From assembly GCA_963784705.1 (NCBI GenBank), contig CAWASC010000008.1, positions 538,141 through 602,140 on the forward strand: a stretch of 64,000 bases of DNA, in the 5' to 3' direction. Within the stretch, counting starts at the first letter, position 1; the number at the start of each line of letters is the position of its first letter. The notes beneath the pieces were generated by a model. The model worked only from the letters and a program-made list of their open reading frames with translations. It was not told the origin of the DNA and ran no database searches. The position numbers and the translations under genes are program-made. Source of the stretch: an uncultured Actinomycetota bacterium. GTDB lineage: Bacteria > Actinomycetota > Actinomycetes > Mycobacteriales > SCTD01. Positions 61,964 through 64,000 of the stretch are shown here, in pieces.

Positions 61964-62698
61964 ATGCTGTCGCTCGACCCGCCGGCCGCCTCGGCCGCGA
62001 CGGTGGTCCCTCCGGCGGGATCGGCGTACTGGGCCTTCTACGAGGAGGTCGCTGCCGCCCAGCTGCGGGCCTGGCTCCCCCAGGACAGCTGCCGGGTCCT
62101 GGACCTGTCCGGGGACGGACCGGTGCGCGCCGGGGTCCTGCACGCGCTCGGGCACGACGTGCTGCGGGTGGGGGACGACGGCGCGCCGGGGATCCTCACG
62201 GTCGACGCGGACAGCCGCTCCCTGTCCTGGTTGCGCGACGGGTCGTTCGACGCCGTCGTCGCCGAGTCACGCGCCCTGAGCGCATGCCTGGCCACCGAGG
62301 AGACCGCGCGCGACCTGACCCGGGTGCTGCGCCCCGGCGGGCGGTTGCTGCTCGTCGTCGACTCGCTCGTGACCGGGCTCGCGCACCTGGCCGACCAGGG
62401 CCGGTGGGCCGAGCTGGCAGACGTGCCGTTCGCCGACGTCGTGCTCGTCCCGGCCGCGGACGGGACGATCACCCGCTGCTTCTGGCCCGAGGAGCTGCAG
62501 AGCCTGCTCGAGAACAGCGGTCTCGACGTCGAGTGGGTCCGGCCGCGCACGGTGCTCACCCCGGCGGCCGTCGAGCGGGCCGTGGCTGCAGGAGGCGACG
62601 AGGCGCTGCGCGCGCTGGTGCGCACCGAGGTGGCGCTGTCGATCGACCGCGAGGGCGAGACGGGCCTGCACCTGGTGGCCAGCGCCCGTCGACCCTGA
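61964..62698 (+). CDS. class I SAM-dependent methyltransferase (probable)
   Basis: 244 aa. Motif-I-like VLDLSGDG and motif LRPGGRLLLVV. Confidence 0.6.
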   Translation: MLSLDPPAASAATVVPPAGSAYWAFYEEVAAAQLRAWLPQDSCRVLDLSGDGPVRAGVLHALGHDVLRVGDDGAPGILTVDADSRSLSWLRDGSFDAVVAESRALSACLATEETARDLTRVLRPGGRLLLVVDSLVTGLAHLADQGRWAELADVPFADVVLVPAADGTITRCFWPEELQSLLENSGLDVEWVRPRTVLTPAAVERAVAAGGDEALRALVRTEVALSIDREGETGLHLVASARRP

Positions 62699-62704
62699 GG
62701 CAGG

Positions 62705-63049
62705 TCAGCTCTCGTCGTCCTCGTGCTTCTCCTGGCAGGCCAGGCAGCGCGCTGCCTCGGGGCGGAACTCCAGCCGCGCGGCGGCGATCTGCTCGCCGCA
62801 GTCGATGCACACGCCGTACGTCCCGGCGTCGAGCCGCCCGATCGCCTGCTGCGCCTCGAGAAGGCGGACCTGCGCCGCCTCGAGCAGCGCCTCACCGCGG
62901 TCGGCCTCGACCTGGTCGGACGCGAGGTCCTCCTGGTCCTCCACGACCTCCGAGTCGTCCTCCTCCTGCTCGAGCTCGAGGGTGGCGATGACGGCTTCGG
63001 CCTCGCGCACGACCTGCTCGAGGTCGGTGCGGGCAGCGTCGAGGTCCAC
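62705..63049 (-). CDS. TraR/DksA-family C4 zinc-finger protein
   Basis: GTG 63049 lies 6 nt after AAGGAG. Acidic coiled-coil followed by CIDCGEQI...CLAC. 114 aa. Confidence 0.8.
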   Translation of the reverse strand: MDLDAARTDLEQVVREAEAVIATLELEQEEDDSEVVEDQEDLASDQVEADRGEALLEAAQVRLLEAQQAIGRLDAGTYGVCIDCGEQIAAARLEFRPEAARCLACQEKHEDDES

Positions 63050-63154
63050 AGGGTTCTCCTTGCACGGGGGCAGCAGCGGGTCTGCAACAGGTACGGCGGA
63101 ACAGCATGCCCTACGCGCGCCGCCGCGAGGACGTGGCGACCGTAACCTGACCGG

Positions 63155-64000
63155 GTGAGGTCCGCGGCGCTTCTCCTGTCCGGCGTCCTGACGCTCTCGG
63201 CCGCCGCCCCGGGACTGGCCGACAGCGCCCAGCTCGACCTGCCCACCCCGGAGGCGGCGCTCGCCCAGCAGAACGACCTCATCATCGCCTTGGGCGGACG
63301 GCCGGACCGGCTGCTCGCCAGTGACGTCCCCGGCCCTGTCGTCAACGACGAGGTCGTGCGGGTCGGCCTGGCCGGGGACGGCGGCGTCACGGCCGTCACC
63401 GCCGACCAGCGGTTGCAGCTGACCGGCGAGGGTGACTACGCCGTCCGCGAGCGCGGACCGGCGCGCTCGGCCACCAGCCTGGGTAGCGAGCGCCCCCCGA
63501 TCACCCGCCTGGGCGCGGTGGTGTGGCAGGGCTTCTCCCCGGGTCGGCGCGACCTCGCTGCGCGGCTGGTGCTCGACCCGCAGATCGAGCGGCCGCACCT
63601 GCCCCTGAGCGTGCAGGTGTCGTTCACCGGCGCGGACGGCGTCGCACGCGCGCTCGCCCCCGGCGGGGCGATCCCGTCCGCTGGGACGACCACCGTCACC
63701 GTGACCAACGTGACGAGCCAGCCGCAGGTCCTGCCGACCGCCGTCGACGCTCCCGCCAGCGCCCTGGCGCCCCTGCTGGACCGGGCGGTCGCGGTGAGCA
63801 GGCGACCTTCAGCCGCGCGGCTGCCCAGCACCGATCTCGGGCTGCCGCCGGCGGTTCCTGCCACCGGGGTCGCGCGCGTCCAGGCCAGCCAGGCCGTGCC
63901 CCTGCGCCTCACCGGGGCCCTGACCGTCGCCGGGACGACGGCCACGGTCGAGGGACCGTCGACGACCCCCGCCCCCGGCGGCGCGACCTTCGCCGGCACG
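63155..64000 (+). CDS. secreted protein of unknown function (3' end beyond window)
   Basis: GTG 63155. Signal peptide VRSAALLLSGVLTLSAAAPGLADSAQ. The frame remains open with strong GC3 bias to the window end. Absent from the track because no stop codon is reached. Confidence 0.6.
   Translation, partial: MRSAALLLSGVLTLSAAAPGLADSAQLDLPTPEAALAQQNDLIIALGGRPDRLLASDVPGPVVNDEVVRVGLAGDGGVTAVTADQRLQLTGEGDYAVRERGPARSATSLGSERPPITRLGAVVWQGFSPGRRDLAARLVLDPQIERPHLPLSVQVSFTGADGVARALAPGGAIPSAGTTTVTVTNVTSQPQVLPTAVDAPASALAPLLDRAVAVSRRPSAARLPSTDLGLPPAVPATGVARVQASQAVPLRLTGALTVAGTTATVEGPSTTPAPGGATFAGT

Overview
This is a very GC-rich actinobacterial chromosome segment (strong G/C third-position bias by eye, not computed). 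It reads as conserved core genome rather than an accessory island.

I can support about 70 protein genes, one tRNA-Lys(CTT), and one 24-codon ribosomal protein gene (bL37) that the ORF track misses. Many long ORFs in the track are antisense or off-frame shadows typical of high-GC DNA and were ignored.

Gene content in order:
- a TetR-linked branched-chain acyl-CoA cluster: 2 acyl-CoA dehydrogenases, a PaaI thioesterase, and methylcrotonyl-CoA-carboxylase-like beta and alpha subunits
- aldehyde dehydrogenase, tRNA-Lys, homocysteine S-methyltransferase
- a double nitroreductase-fold (SagB-like) gene divergent from hsp20-merR
- DUF1330, SGNH hydrolase, Rieske protein, DUF3052, a secreted alpha/beta peptidase lipoprotein
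- kgd, rhomboid, quinone oxidoreductase, malic enzyme
- a polar amino-acid ABC transporter with an orphan rmlC
- sodX-sodN (Ni-SOD)
- an aminoacyl-phosphatidylglycerol-synthase-like gene coupled to secreted hydrolases
- two GGDEF-EAL proteins, tandem crcB, a Tat/LPXTG metallophosphoesterase
- an rsbW/sigF-like pair, a DAG-kinase-like lipid kinase, whiB1-pdtaS, bioF-bioD-bioB-bioA-tag
- a GlxA regulator, GNATs, TauE, an orphan pilT, pepP, enoyl-CoA hydratase, bL37, two epimerases (galE), rshA-sigH, an ideR-like gene, a DksA/TraR-like gene

The whiB1/pdtaS and rshA/sigH synteny mirrors Mycobacterium and Streptomyces core loci.

I found no transposase, integrase, phage, CRISPR, restriction or recognisable defence genes, so I do not claim a novel defence system.

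Most noteworthy observations:
1. Five single-base indels break four conserved housekeeping genes: MCCase beta, kgd, pepP, and echA (twice). A further epimerase lacks any canonical start codon and carries YxxxM in place of YxxxK.
2. An hsp20 / double-nitroreductase divergent pair with its own MerR regulator and DosR-like GGGAC/GTCCC palindrome.
3. An aminoacyl-PG-synthase-like gene translationally coupled to an SGNH lipoprotein, followed by an esterase.
4. A perfect 21-bp inverted repeat with nested hairpins upstream of whiB1.
5. Several in-frame mini-satellites at gene termini and a helically phased 11-nt repeat upstream of kgd.
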